Below are positions 12,450-23,932 of a DNA stretch of 64,000 nucleotides, piece after piece. The notes under the pieces are model-generated. The model was not told the DNA's origin, made no database searches, and saw only the letters and a program-made list of their open reading frames with translations. The translations under genes and the position numbers were made by a program. Each line of letters opens with the position of its first letter. Positions within the stretch are counted from its first letter, which is position 1. The stretch comes from Kudoa neothunni (taxonomy: Eukaryota > Animalia > Cnidaria): contig OZ199838.1 in assembly GCA_964304625.1 (NCBI GenBank), positions 5,746,243-5,810,242 of the forward strand, given 5' to 3'.

Positions 12450-14616
12450 GGGGTCGATTCTTGATATCTTCGAGATAATGTGATCATCAAAGAGATTTTA
12501 AAATCGCCTTTTGGTAGATTTTGGGAATATCCCCTTACTTCGAATTCAGCTGAGTCGATACAATGCTCGGCATCATCAGCAATGGAATCAAATAAGGCAA
12601 CAGAACAGTCATGGCCGTCATCTTCTGTATTTAAACTGGTTCTCGCACCAAGGTTGAACAAATCATCACGGTCACTGATGATGGATAGATTCGCTGAGGT
12701 CTCATTGGTATCGCCATTAGTTTTGATAAAAGTAGAAAGGACAATACAGTAGGCGACCGTTAATTCGTAGGACCGATAATTCGTAACCTTCCTTAAAACT
12801 TTATCCACCCGGTTATAAATATCAGATAACATGTATTATGAGTTCTTAATTAAATATAAGTGTTATTTTTATATCTTATGTAATAAAAAGTTTTAAAATT
12901 TCGTAATAACCGATAATTCGTAATTATTTCTAAATGACCCAAAAAGAATTCACAAATTCATAATTCTTCAAGAGACATATGATATAATTACATATTATGA
13001 TAGTTTATCGCCCTTAGATTGAAAGACGGAAACTATTAAACACTTCAAAATAGGTTATATTTCAAATTTAAATGGCATTTTAGATAAAAGGCTCAAATTA
13101 AACAGGCATTTGTGAGTCAATTACTTCTAGCTATACGAAGATCAATGCGGAAAGGAAAAGACGATGCTGATCAACGCGTGTATGATTGGCTCATTTGGAT
13201 GAGGTCGAAAAGCATCGAATTATCGTCCATCGAAATAATTAACAACAGAAATGAGATTGATTCTTCTGAAAATGATTTCAAAAATGTTAGCTATGGATGG
13301 TTTCGTGACTTTAAAAATAGGTTCAACTTAAAAAAAATAGTTTCCATGTCGAAGCTATCATGGTACCCATAGGAATCATTACAGATTAGAACACTTAACT
13401 TCTTTAAATTCTTGAAAATTATAAAGAGGATCAAATATAATATGTCGACAGGACCGCTCTGTTTTATCAATTAACGCCTCTTAAGTGATTCCTAAACATG
13501 TTTACTTTAATTCCAATAAATTGTTTTTCCGTACATTAAATGGAACCCAAAAGTTCTTAATAATGTTATTTCCATTATAACAATTATTTTTTCGCGCCAA
13601 AAGAGTGCTTTATTATTTTTTAGTTTTGATTTAAATTATGAGTATTCTTAAATCGATGAATCAATAAAAGCCAGTTTTTAATTTTATTTTCATCGCGCGC
13701 GCAGGAGATTTTGCGAATTAGACGTCACTAGCGTGAAATTTGTAATTATCCCTGGCCCTGAGGGGATTATGAATTGGTAGTCACCGACTCTAATTTGATT
13801 TAAATCGGTTGGAACGATGATAAGAGAAGATATGGAAGGTTCTATATCATCAGGGAGAGAAGGAGAAGTTTCTTTTTGAATGTGATTGCTTTCTACCGTT
13901 AAACTGTAGTTAGTTCGGATGTAGTCAAAGGATGAGCCACAATTCTGCTCGTAGCGATCGCTGAAATGTCATCAGCGTTTACAAACACTATAAATTCATC
14001 TGGCAATGTTCCTTTCTAATTACGAGGATTACCAACTTTTCGATCTTTAAAAAAACTGAAGTTTTATCGTTTAAAACAAGTCCTCTTGTTTGCAGGAAGG
14101 CACAGAATGAACTTTACAAGACCTTTAAACGCAGGCGTTGCAAATTTGAATTCAGAACATGTTCAGCATTAACATCTGACTGCGCATTTATTGGCGCCAT
14201 TGAAAAATTATTATTGTTGGATTTCCCATAATTGGGTGCAGTGTTATCAGTTCTGGCGGTCTCTGCATCTTTATAAGTTGAATCAGCACAAGTGAATTCA
14301 TCCTAATGATTATTCAATGTACAGGCACGATCCAACCTTATGTTAATAATGTCGTCCGCCGAGCCGTAAATTAATCGAAATCCCTCAAACAAGGAAGAAT
14401 ACAATTAGAAGAGATGGCGGTAATATTTACCCAATTTCTTGTATAAGCAGCTTAGGTGCTCTCTATGGGCGCTTTTAAGGAGATAGAGCGAATAAAGACA
14501 ACACGCGTCGCCTGGAATTTCATATCTCCTAATATACTGGTCCAATCTACCCGATTTTTGCGTCAACAGATTCTCCAGCATAAAAGAAACATTTTGGTTA
14601 TAAAGAAAAATTTGCT
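12450..14616 (-). mobile_element. tRNA-associated element copy 2 (degenerate 5' part of the putative RLE retrotransposon, split by nested TEs at ~12747-13760)
   Basis: From ATG 14581: LDQYIRRYEI..YKKLGKYYRHLF*LYSSLFEGF, SNLQRLRL, VNADDISAIATSRIVAHP; below 12747: DRDDLFNLGARTSLNTEDDGHDCSV; all collinear with copy 1 ORF. Confidence 0.8.
12747..13490 (+). mobile_element. Tigger/pogo remnant
   Basis: TA-CAGTAGGCGACCG terminus; CENP-B-type HTH (VYDWLIWMR..SYGWFRDFKNRF). Confidence 0.75.
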
Positions 14617-14648
14617 TACGTTCGCAGAGTCGAACCCTGGTCGGCTGA
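14617..14648 (-). pseudogene. 3' half of tRNA-Gly(TCC) (from position 39)
   Basis: TCAGCCGACCAGGGTTCGACTC--TGCGAACGTA versus the intact gene TCAGCCGACCAGGGTTCGACTCCCTGCGGACGCA; followed by a T5 run. Confidence 0.85.
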
Positions 14649-14678
14649 AAAACGAAAATAAGATTAAGTTAGTAATTA

Positions 14679-16115
14679 CAGTCGTGATTGGATATTGCGG
14701 GCGCGATGTACTATAAAATACGATTTTTTTTGCGTTTACGTCGTGTACCAATTAGTAAAAATCAATTTTTTAAATGTAAATATATTATTTAATGTAATGT
14801 AATTTATCAAAGTTTGTCGAAAAAGCTTGTAATTTTAGTTCGTCGGAATCTTTCTCTTGATATTTTTAAAATCCGGTCCTTCATGGGATGTAAAACAAAC
14901 AATCCGACGGATCTACTTTAATAAAAGCTTCCCTCAGAACGTTCACTGTATTTTTCATTTGTTTAATTGGAATTTTGATGTCTTCAATGATTGACTCGCT
15001 ATCGTCAGATTCGTCGCTTATGAGCAATAAGCTCTCACACCTTCTTGGTCTATAAAGTGACAATAACTTTATTGTCGTAATTTTATTTAATACCTCCAAA
15101 TATTTTTGATTTTTAAAGCAATTAATAATAATTTGTGACGGAATACTATCCCAACATTTAGTTAGTGTTATCATTAAGTCAAGCAATGCATATTTTTTTA
15201 TGGCAGGATCTTTGCATAAAACCATTCGCTTGGTCATTGAACTTTTGTACCTGCTTTTAAGATAGCGAATGATGCCTAAATCAAGGGGTTGTAAAATACT
15301 AGTTGTATTTTTGGGTAAGAACAAAAATTTGATATTTTCAAAGAAATCAATGTTTTTTTGGTAGCCTGGACATTGGTGCAACAGAATTAAAACTTTTCTA
15401 TCCTGATTTATCATCCTTCGGTTAAACTTTCTCATTATTTCTATAAATACACTAGGCGTCATCCATGCACTTTTGTGTGCATAATATTCAAATGGGAGGT
15501 GTTTGGCTCTTAAAACATCTGGGATTTTGAAATTTCTCTATAACAACTAATGGGAACTTAACTCCATTTAAAGCTGAGGACGGTAAAACAGTCACCCTTT
15601 TTTTGGATAATTTTTCTCCTTAATTCCGGCTTCCTCCTTTAAAACGTAACTACTATTTTGTAACTGCTCATAATAAAGAGCAGTTTCGTCGATGTTTATA
15701 ACGTCTTTTGGATTATATACTCTAATCGAATAAATGTTTTCAATAATCCATGAGTCGACAGATGCAACATCTGCACTCGCAGCCCCTCCATTGAACTTTT
15801 TGAAAACTATCCCATATCTTGACTTGAACCTTCAAAGCCGCCCCTTGCTGTCCTTAAAATTGGAAACTTTGTTCTCATTTGCAATATAAGAAGCCTTTTT
15901 GATAATCGCATCTCCCAACAGAACGTTACCATTCGACGGTTGTTTAACAAACCAATCGTACACTTCATCGTCTATATTTTTTAATCTGTCTGCCGAATGT
16001 CTCTCCCTTTTACTTTCAGTATCTGTATTTTTTAATTTATCTTCGTGCGAAAGAATTTTATCAAGTGTTGAATGACCTTAATTGTGATTTTACATTAATA
16101 TTCAATAGAAGACTA
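14679..16115 (-). mobile_element. Tigger-like transposon, 5'-truncated
   Basis: NIDETALY, FLPKNTTSILQPLDLGII; TA-CAGT terminus at 14679. Confidence 0.87.
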
Positions 16116-17197
16116 GGCTAAATTACAATGGCCGTGCATCCAATGGGGAAAAATGAAACACCTCGCAAAATGTCGGAAAAATAAATTTTTACTATTTAAA
16201 AACCATTATATATTTAAATAAAGTCGATAATTCTTTTCTACTATATTTTCTTCGAAACATGAAATCAACAACATAGTTAAGAAGTGTTTCTGGGGTTTTA
16301 TTTGTGGCATTTCTATATTTTCTTTTAAAGCCCCCATGTAGCTTCTATTTTGTTTGTGTGAACCTCGCTAGATGAAACAAATTCGGTTGTATGGTTAACA
16401 ACTTCATGGAAGTAGCCTATAGAATTTGCATTTCTATATCCACCCCGGCAGTCAGACCATATCATGGAGCCAACTTCGACATTTCTCGAAATGATCATCT
16501 CCAGAGTTTGTTGGTTTCTTACTGTCGTTATCTCCATAAAAACGTTGCCAATTTCGTCGATTCTTCCCACAATCCACTGCTCATGATTAGTCAAAATTCT
16601 ACCTACATTGTATTTGCGTTTGCAAATTAAGCTTTCATCAACTTGGACAATCATTCTTGTCGCTCCAATTTTGGTAGAATTGCAGATAAAATAATTACAA
16701 TATATATCGCGGATGAAGTTCTTCCAACCAAATACTGTTTTCGATGTCACCTTTTTTTCTTTGATTAAAAAATCTTGATTGTAAATATCATTCGAATAAT
16801 AATACAGCAACTTCAATATTTGACTGAAACTTAGACAACTTCTTTCAAAACACTAACCTCTTCTAATAAAAAAATATTTTCGACATTTGTTACAATGAAA
16901 GATATAACCATCTGTAACACTTGCTATTTTTGTTAACGACATAGAGTCGCCACAACAGTTCACGTTCTTCGCAATTAAGCCAAAATGCATCATAAATTTG
17001 ACGCACTACTCCGTATTTAAGTCCAACAAATCAATAAAAAATATATTAATGTCTTCTAAGTTGATGGTACTAATTTCTGGCAGAGGAACTTTCTGGCAGA
17101 GGAACAACGACATTCATTTGGCGGCGTGCCAATATTAATCCGATTATAGCAACGAAGACCATTTGCGCGCGCACTGACACTAAACCCCACTTTAGCC
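16116..17197 (-). mobile_element. Merlin/IS1595-like transposon
   Basis: VQVDES..KRKYNVGR, WSD, HTNKIEATW; GGCTAAA termini; no matching TSD. Confidence 0.87.
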
Positions 17198-19820
17198 CGG
17201 CTTTTTTATCCTCATGATTCATTAGGACAATGTCAGGTCGGCGGTTTGAGGCAATGTTGGGGATTTGTTGATTAGTCCTGAGCTCCCAATTTTTGAAAGG
17301 TTGTATCTTCTTTATGATGAGCTCGAGGACCTTGTCATGTCGGTGGGTTTGTTGGTTATTCGATATTCTGCACCCGTTGAGAACGTGGCGGAGGGTTTTG
17401 ACATCACAGTTACAGTGTCTACACCGTTGATCAGGGGCTCTCTGTGTTTTGTTGAGGACGGCCTTCGTCGGCAAATAGTTGATGCGTCCTAGGATACCAA
17501 ATCTGTACGTTGATAAATCAATGTTACCTGTTCGGATCCAGGAGTTTGCTGTTTTCTGGTCGCCAACGGAGATGAAGGATCTTGCTTGATTGAACATTCC
17601 TGCCCAGTCATTAAGGTGAAGCAGTTGATAATTCCGTCGTAGCCGTTTGATACGGGTAATATATGGGCTTCGATAGGGGTTACCACGGTTTTCACCAAAG
17701 ATATCCTCAGGTTTGACGGGGGTGTCGAGGTCGATATTGGTGGGGTCGTCGTCATCTTCGTCTTTGAGGGCGAGTTGAATCTTCAAGGCCTTCCGATTCG
17801 TTCTCATCGAAGACAGAAGTAATTTGATGTCTCGAGTGGGAACCTTGCTCTCTTTCGAGATTAAGGTAGTCCACTGGACTCAAGGGGTTGGCCTTGGTCC
17901 GTTTGGCGACGACGGTTTTGAGGGATTCTCTGGAGACAAACTTGACGCGGTGATCGGTTTCGTGACTTCTCGAAAGCATCATTTCGCATTTTTGCGATAC
18001 AAACCGCGAAGTCGACGAGTTTTTGCTTGCTCGGAGGTTCGTTCTTGTTGAGATGGTGTAATAGGAACTGCCGGTTGCGAGAATTCGTTTTCTTGCTGGT
18101 GGAGCTCGAATGATTGGGATGCTTGTGCTTCTTTCGGTGGTTGGTTGGCTCTCTTAATTTGAGGCTCAAAAAACATGCCGAGACCTTTTGACAGGTTTTG
18201 ACATCTGTCAATAAAGGTGTTGTAGAGGACAAGGGGTTCCAATCGGTTGTTGTGGTTGAGGAATATTTTGAGGTCTTTTGAGACCTCAGATATCTTCACT
18301 TGCTGAGCCGATTTCTGCTCTCTTTGCTTCTCGGAGTAGGATTTTGATATTGGAGAAGCATCGGTCGCGTCAACAGTGGCTGCAACGTTGGAAGTGGTGG
18401 GAATTGGGGATTGAACTTCTGAAGGGGTGGATGGATGGCTGTTGAGTTCCATCGTTATCATCAGAAGGAGATTGAGAAGGTTGGGTGGACGGAGAGTTGG
18501 AGAAAACGCAGTTTTCTCTGACATCTCGGAGGAAGGAATCAATTTCTTGCGTAACTGGTTCATTTGAAGATGGAGAAGGGGATTTGGTGAGTTTGGATGG
18601 GTGGGAAACCGTATTTGTATATGGGATGTCTGGATTTCTTCTTTTTTGGAGACGAAATTCAGATTCGAACTCGAATGTGGGAAATTCATCATCAGCTTTG
18701 TCATTATCAGCAGGAGCATCGGGTGCAGCTAATGGTGAAGTGAAGGTTGAGTGGAACGAAGCAGTGGATGAGATGGAACAAGTTTCATCATCATCGTTTC
18801 TGTTTAGATCGATTTTTCCGTTTAAAACGAAAAAATCGCGGGTTTTGGTTGTCGTTGAGGGTTCACTGGGTTGGTTTTCAGCAAACACATCTTCAACAGC
18901 CACAGTAAGTTGCTTGGGTGGAATGTCATCGTCATTGACATTAGTGTTGGTGGATTGGGAGGAGGAAGTTGAACAGACGGTGTGGAAGTGTCTGTATCGT
19001 CAATGTCTTCAGCAGAAGTGTTGTTATTGGAAGGAATGGAGGTTGTAGATGAAATGGAAGTTGTAGGAAGAGAATTGGTTTGTGGAAGTGCAATAATTTT
19101 GGTCGGTGTTAGCACAAGTAGGTTATCCGAGCTCATAACGTTCGAAAAGAGGCCATTTGCAGCATGTTCATCGACAATTAGCACTTCCAGTTCAGTCAAT
19201 TTCCGTTCGTACGTCGCTTGTAGACGTTGGAATAGTACTTTTTTGGCTATGGGCATTCTCGTCACCATTTTGAGTAGTTCTGAGAGTGGTAGCCGCTTGA
19301 TATTGGCTGTAAAGGGAGAAACCAGCGAAATTGCAGTATGGTGACCGCACATGGCGGCCATTGTTGTTGCTTCTTCTGTTGGTTCTCCAGCATCAGTACC
19401 AGTAGTATACGAAAGATCATCAGAATTAGCTAAAACAACTTCGTTCGAAGCTGTGTCAACTAATCCAGAGTCTCCATTATTAGTGGTAGCATTGTTAAAC
19501 ACTGTGTCAACAATGTCGACAAATGTTTCATCCAATGCTACGAATTCTTCCACCAGGGAAGAATATAATTTTAGTAAGGCACGGTAACATTCACCGACCT
19601 TCTTTTCTATAGGCTTCAATCGCCTTCGTTTCTCAGTGCTTTCAAGATACGACAAATAACAATGTCGGAAGACATCACTAATTTCGTATCTCAGCACGTA
19701 GCGCTCCAAATTCAAAAAACTAGGCATCGTTAGAATCGCCACAACTTTCTAAACTAAATAACAGAAAAAGCAGAAGCAACAAACTTCGGCAAGTTTGAGA
19801 AGCGTATGCAAAAAAGAAAA
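17198..19820 (-). mobile_element. RLE non-LTR retrotransposon (NeSL/Utopia-like) copy 1; RT core missing, 3' end cut by Merlin
   Basis: Frameshifted ORF from ~19727; RLRGLYRKN pre-RT motif; YRFGILGRINYLP; CCHC knuckle CRHC..TLRHVLNGC; RHD; RPDIV endonuclease motif. Confidence 0.88.
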
Positions 19821-19830
19821 AACGACAGGC

Positions 19831-19902
19831 TGCGTCCGCAGGGAGTCGAACCCTGGTCGGCTGATTGGAAGTCAGCCATAATAACCGTTATACGACGAAC
19901 GC
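19831..19902 (-). tRNA. tRNA-Gly(TCC)
   Basis: 72-nt cloverleaf GCGTTCG...CTTCCAA...GGTTCGACTCC...CGGACGCA; T6 terminator ~8 nt downstream; TATA-like tract ~30-40 nt upstream. Confidence 0.96.
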
Positions 19903-19957
19903 AAAGCTCACGGGTAAGTCGTTTAAGAATAATCTATATATAATTTTTGTTGGTATA

Positions 19958-22470
19958 CAGTATTTCATGATCAAATTGCAATTCGATCGCATGATATTGC
20001 AACTTCAATTTTAAATATCTATTTTCTTATATTTCTGTTGATAAAATTAAAAATGATATTAGAGAAATTATTATTACTTCACATAAAGTGATTTATCGGA
20101 TAATTTGAAAAGTTAAACAAGTTTTTGTTGACGGGCCAAACAAAGAAATAGCTAAGGCTGTTAAGGCACATGAAAGTACTATTAACGGAATAAATAAAAA
20201 GTATTATTCATCTGGGAGTTGTGTTCGAATTAAGGTGGTAATCGACGATCAAAATTAATAGACGACTTTATAGATCATATAAAAAAATTAATCATCGATG
20301 ATCGTTCGATATCACTTAAAGCTATTCGTGAAAAATTTAATATTGTTGTATCTAAACAATGTGTAAATAAAGCAATAAGCGATTTTAATTACCGTATATA
20401 CTCGTGTATAAGTCGCACTTTTTTTTCAAAAACTACTTCGAAAACCGTATGCGACTCGTACACGAGACATCGACGTAAAAATTAGGCTGGTAGTTAGTAA
20501 TATATATAAATCATCCGTAATAAGTTTATGTTCTACTTTTTATTATTATATATAAAAAAATATTGTTTTAATTAAAATGACGGAATTATTTTGTTGATAT
20601 TTAATATGTATTTCGCTTATGTTGGAATAATGAGTTCCATTAAAAAAAGACATCGCAATGACGCCAAATTCGAATTAAAAGTTGCAAAATATGCTATCGA
20701 ATGTGACAACAATCGACTTTCGACTAATAAAAATGGAGTTAACAAACTGCAAGTACGCGATTGGAGAAAATCTTTCCTGCAGTTGGAAGAAATGCCAGTT
20801 TCAAAAAGAAATCAATAGGGGAAAGAAGCCAAAATTTATTCGCGAAGAGGAAGAGTTAAACAGGTGGATAAACGAAATAAGACAAAGCGGATACGTAGTG
20901 ACGCGCGGAGCGACTCATTTAAAATCCAAAGATATTATAAGGACTCAAACTTTAAAGCATCGGCTGGATGGTGCACGCGTTTTAGGAACAGGCATGGTTT
21001 ATCTCTTAGACAAAGGACCAAAATTTGCCAAAAACTCCCGTCCGATTTGGAAGGCAAGATTATCAACTTTCATAAATATGTTATAGATATAAGGAAAAAG
21101 ATAAATTATGATCTTAGTCGAATTGGAAACATGGACGAAACACCTATGTATTTTGATGCTCCTGGTAACCGGACAGTTGATGATAATGGAACCAAAACCG
21201 TGACGATTAGAACAACTGGCCACGAAAAAACACACCTTACTTTCGTTTTAACCCGTATGGCGGATGGAACTAAATTGTCTCCAATGATAATTTTTAAACG
21301 GAAAACATTTCCAAAAGAAAAGTTCCCTCTTGGAGTCGCTATTCATGTTCACGAGAAAGTATGGTCTCGTCGCCTAGGCGGTAATTTGGATAAAAAATTA
21401 AGTCTATTAGTTTGGGATAAGTTCTGAGCTCATCTCGTTTATGATGTCAAACAATGTGTCAAAAACTACTATAAAACAGATACTGCTGTTATTCCTTCGG
21501 GCTTAACCTCAATATTACAATCTTTAGATACTTCTTTAAATTTTCCATTCAAATGTAAAGTACGCGATCAATGGATCAAATGGATATCAAACGGATTGAC
21601 GGAAAAGACAGCATCCGGAAATTTTAAGAGACCTGCATCAGCATTGGTAGCTAAATGGGTGAAAGATTCTTGACTCTCCATAGACACGAGTATAATTAAG
21701 AAATCGTTCAAAAAATATGGCATTTCTAATGCGATGGATGAAACTGAAGACGATGGAGCACATAGTAAGACGGAAGTAGAGATGGACGAGATTTACGACG
21801 ATACTTTGACATCAGAACAAAGTGCACGCCTTTTTGATGAGGATGAGTTTTCGTCAGCTAAGGATGATGATGACGACAATGAATATCAATAATTTGTTAA
21901 TTTTTTTATATAATCATTAATTTTTTATATAATGAATATTTTCTTTTTTGTATTAAAATAATCAGATTTTATTTAAAATATACTTTGTCAAGCGCTAAAT
22001 GTTTAAGCATTAATAAATTTTTGGTTTATGACTGCGACTTATATTCGAGTATATACGGTACTTCTGAAATGTATTTCTGTGATATCTCAAGTTGGGAATA
22101 GCGCTGAAAATATACGAACAAGATATGAGTAAAAGTTATCATTTAAAACAATTCTATAATTTATATAGATACGTAATGGAATTATTGAGGCTTAAAGAAG
22201 AACACGAAGAAATATTCTTGGATGAGACTGGACTTTCCTTGTCAATGAGGCGCAAGTTAGGCAGATCAGCCCCCCGAACACGAGCTAATCTAAGAATGTG
22301 ACTCCTATTGCCGCGATGAGTCAAAAAAAATTATGGACATTTAGTATTGAGCACGGAAGTGTGAACACTTTAATTTTTAAAAATTTTATTTTAGATCGTT
22401 TAAAAGGTTTACGTCGAAATAATATCGCAAAAGCCTCATAATAATGCATAATGTTCCCCTCCATGAATCA
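19958..22470 (+). mobile_element. IS630/Tc1-like element interrupted by a pogo element
   Basis: TA-CAGT start; HTH region 20080-20390; IFLDETG..MRRKLGRS resumes after 22060. Confidence 0.72.
20392..22058 (+). mobile_element. pogo (POGK/Tc2-like) transposon
   Basis: TIR CCGTATATACTCG/CGAGTATATACGG with TA TSD; GNMDETPMYFD, RTTGHEK, PSGLTSILQSLD. Confidence 0.92.
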
Positions 22471-22479
22471 ACAATTCGT

Positions 22480-23214
22480 AAGACTTTAGTAAGTCCATAA
22501 CAGCTAAATTAAAACGGTGGGAGGCGCAGCCAACTAATGGCAAATTACATCGACTTGCCAACGCTTTATTGACTGGAGCGTTGCCACCACAAATCGCCAC
22601 GATATTATCAAGAGATTTCTCATATATTTCAAAAATATATTCAATTAATTCATAATGATTGTCGGAAGTGAATCCCCCTCTTTCAGCATTAGCGAAAATG
22701 ATAAAAGGACGGTCTCATAGTTTAGTGAATTATTTTACGTTGTACGCAGCAAAAACAGCTACAAGATTGGTCGAATTTTTGGTCCAACCGTCAAGAATGA
22801 TATAAAACGTTGAAGGTAAAAGGTCAGAAATTTTTTTTCCATCGCCATTGTTAAGTCCATATACTTTTTGAATGTGTCTACCTAAACCGGGGAAAGGCTA
22901 GTATACATCCTCGTAAGATCATCTTCAACAAAGCTAAATGGTTTTAGTCCACAACAGATCCAATTTAGCCAATCATAGATAGTTTTCCCCTTATTTGTTT
23001 TTTTAAAAGTACTAAAAAAATTTTCCAGGGTTAAAGGCGCTCTTATCATTTGTTTATATTCTAAGTGTTGTGACTTTATGTGGCGAAAAAGATTCGTCCA
23101 ACCAGTATTTATTTTTTTTGTTAACTCTTCGCCGCATTTACACTTCCATCTTGATTTTTCTGAATCTGTTTCATTAAAAAACATTTTCACAATTTCTTTT
23201 GTATCGTGGCTCAT
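22480..23214 (-). pseudogene. hAT transposase fragment with BED-like finger
   Basis: WKCKC..TGWTNLFRHIKSQH; IILDGWT. Confidence 0.8.
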
Positions 23215-23932
23215 TTTGCAACAACAACGCGAGGAGTAGGGATCAAAACATTGTTAGTAAATTTAGTTTCTTGATCCTACTTTAACCTTATATATTGTTT
23301 TTAATGTCCAATATCTTATCTTATTTTGCGTTATGCCCTCACAATATAGATTTATTGTGGTTTTATTACTTTAAAATTATTTTATACTAGCGTTTTTAAG
23401 CACACATAGATCAACTTATGATAAATGAAACCTCATCGTCTATCATTAACATTAGGGAGTAACATAATGATATCAAATAGGGGTTAATCGTAGTATTTTT
23501 ATAAAGAAGAATTAATCCGTCAACTATTAAAATTTTTTGTAGGTTTAACTTCTAACACCGTCATTCTTCTATTCGCCACTGAAGTTGATTGGCAAACAGT
23601 ATTAGAACGTTTGAGTTATACAGCATTTGCATTTGCAATAAAACACAATATAAGAACAATAATAAATAAATAAATAAGTGCCCACGCTCTGAACAAAAAT
23701 TATTTGTAAATCTCTGATACTGGGGGGTCTCATTCAAAATATTAAAAGTTGTCAGCAAACAATACTTGCCGAGCCATTTCTGTGCATACGCAGTGATAAA
23801 GCATGATTTTTACCTTTAATGATTGTATCTACATTAATCCATGTTGATCCTAATTGGGCCATATGACTTATTTCCCGAGTTTTTACTATATAAAGTTAAG
23901 CTTTAAAACATTTGAAGTAAAGAGAATTTTGA

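Noticed and set aside
12443-12832. 129-aa ORF as an independent gene
   Set aside because: Its start lies inside a Tigger TIR region; the part below 12747 is a fragment of element copy 2.
14617-14678. Split or intron-containing tRNA
   Set aside because: The break is at 38/39 rather than the canonical 37/38, the T-stem has a 2-nt deletion, and no free 5' half was seen.
17070-17197. Hydrophobic C-terminus on the RLE ORF (GLKWGLV...)
   Set aside because: Read-through into the Merlin terminus, not part of the retroelement protein.
17265-19587. Several plus-strand ORFs
   Set aside because: Antisense shadows of the more GC-rich retroelement ORF.
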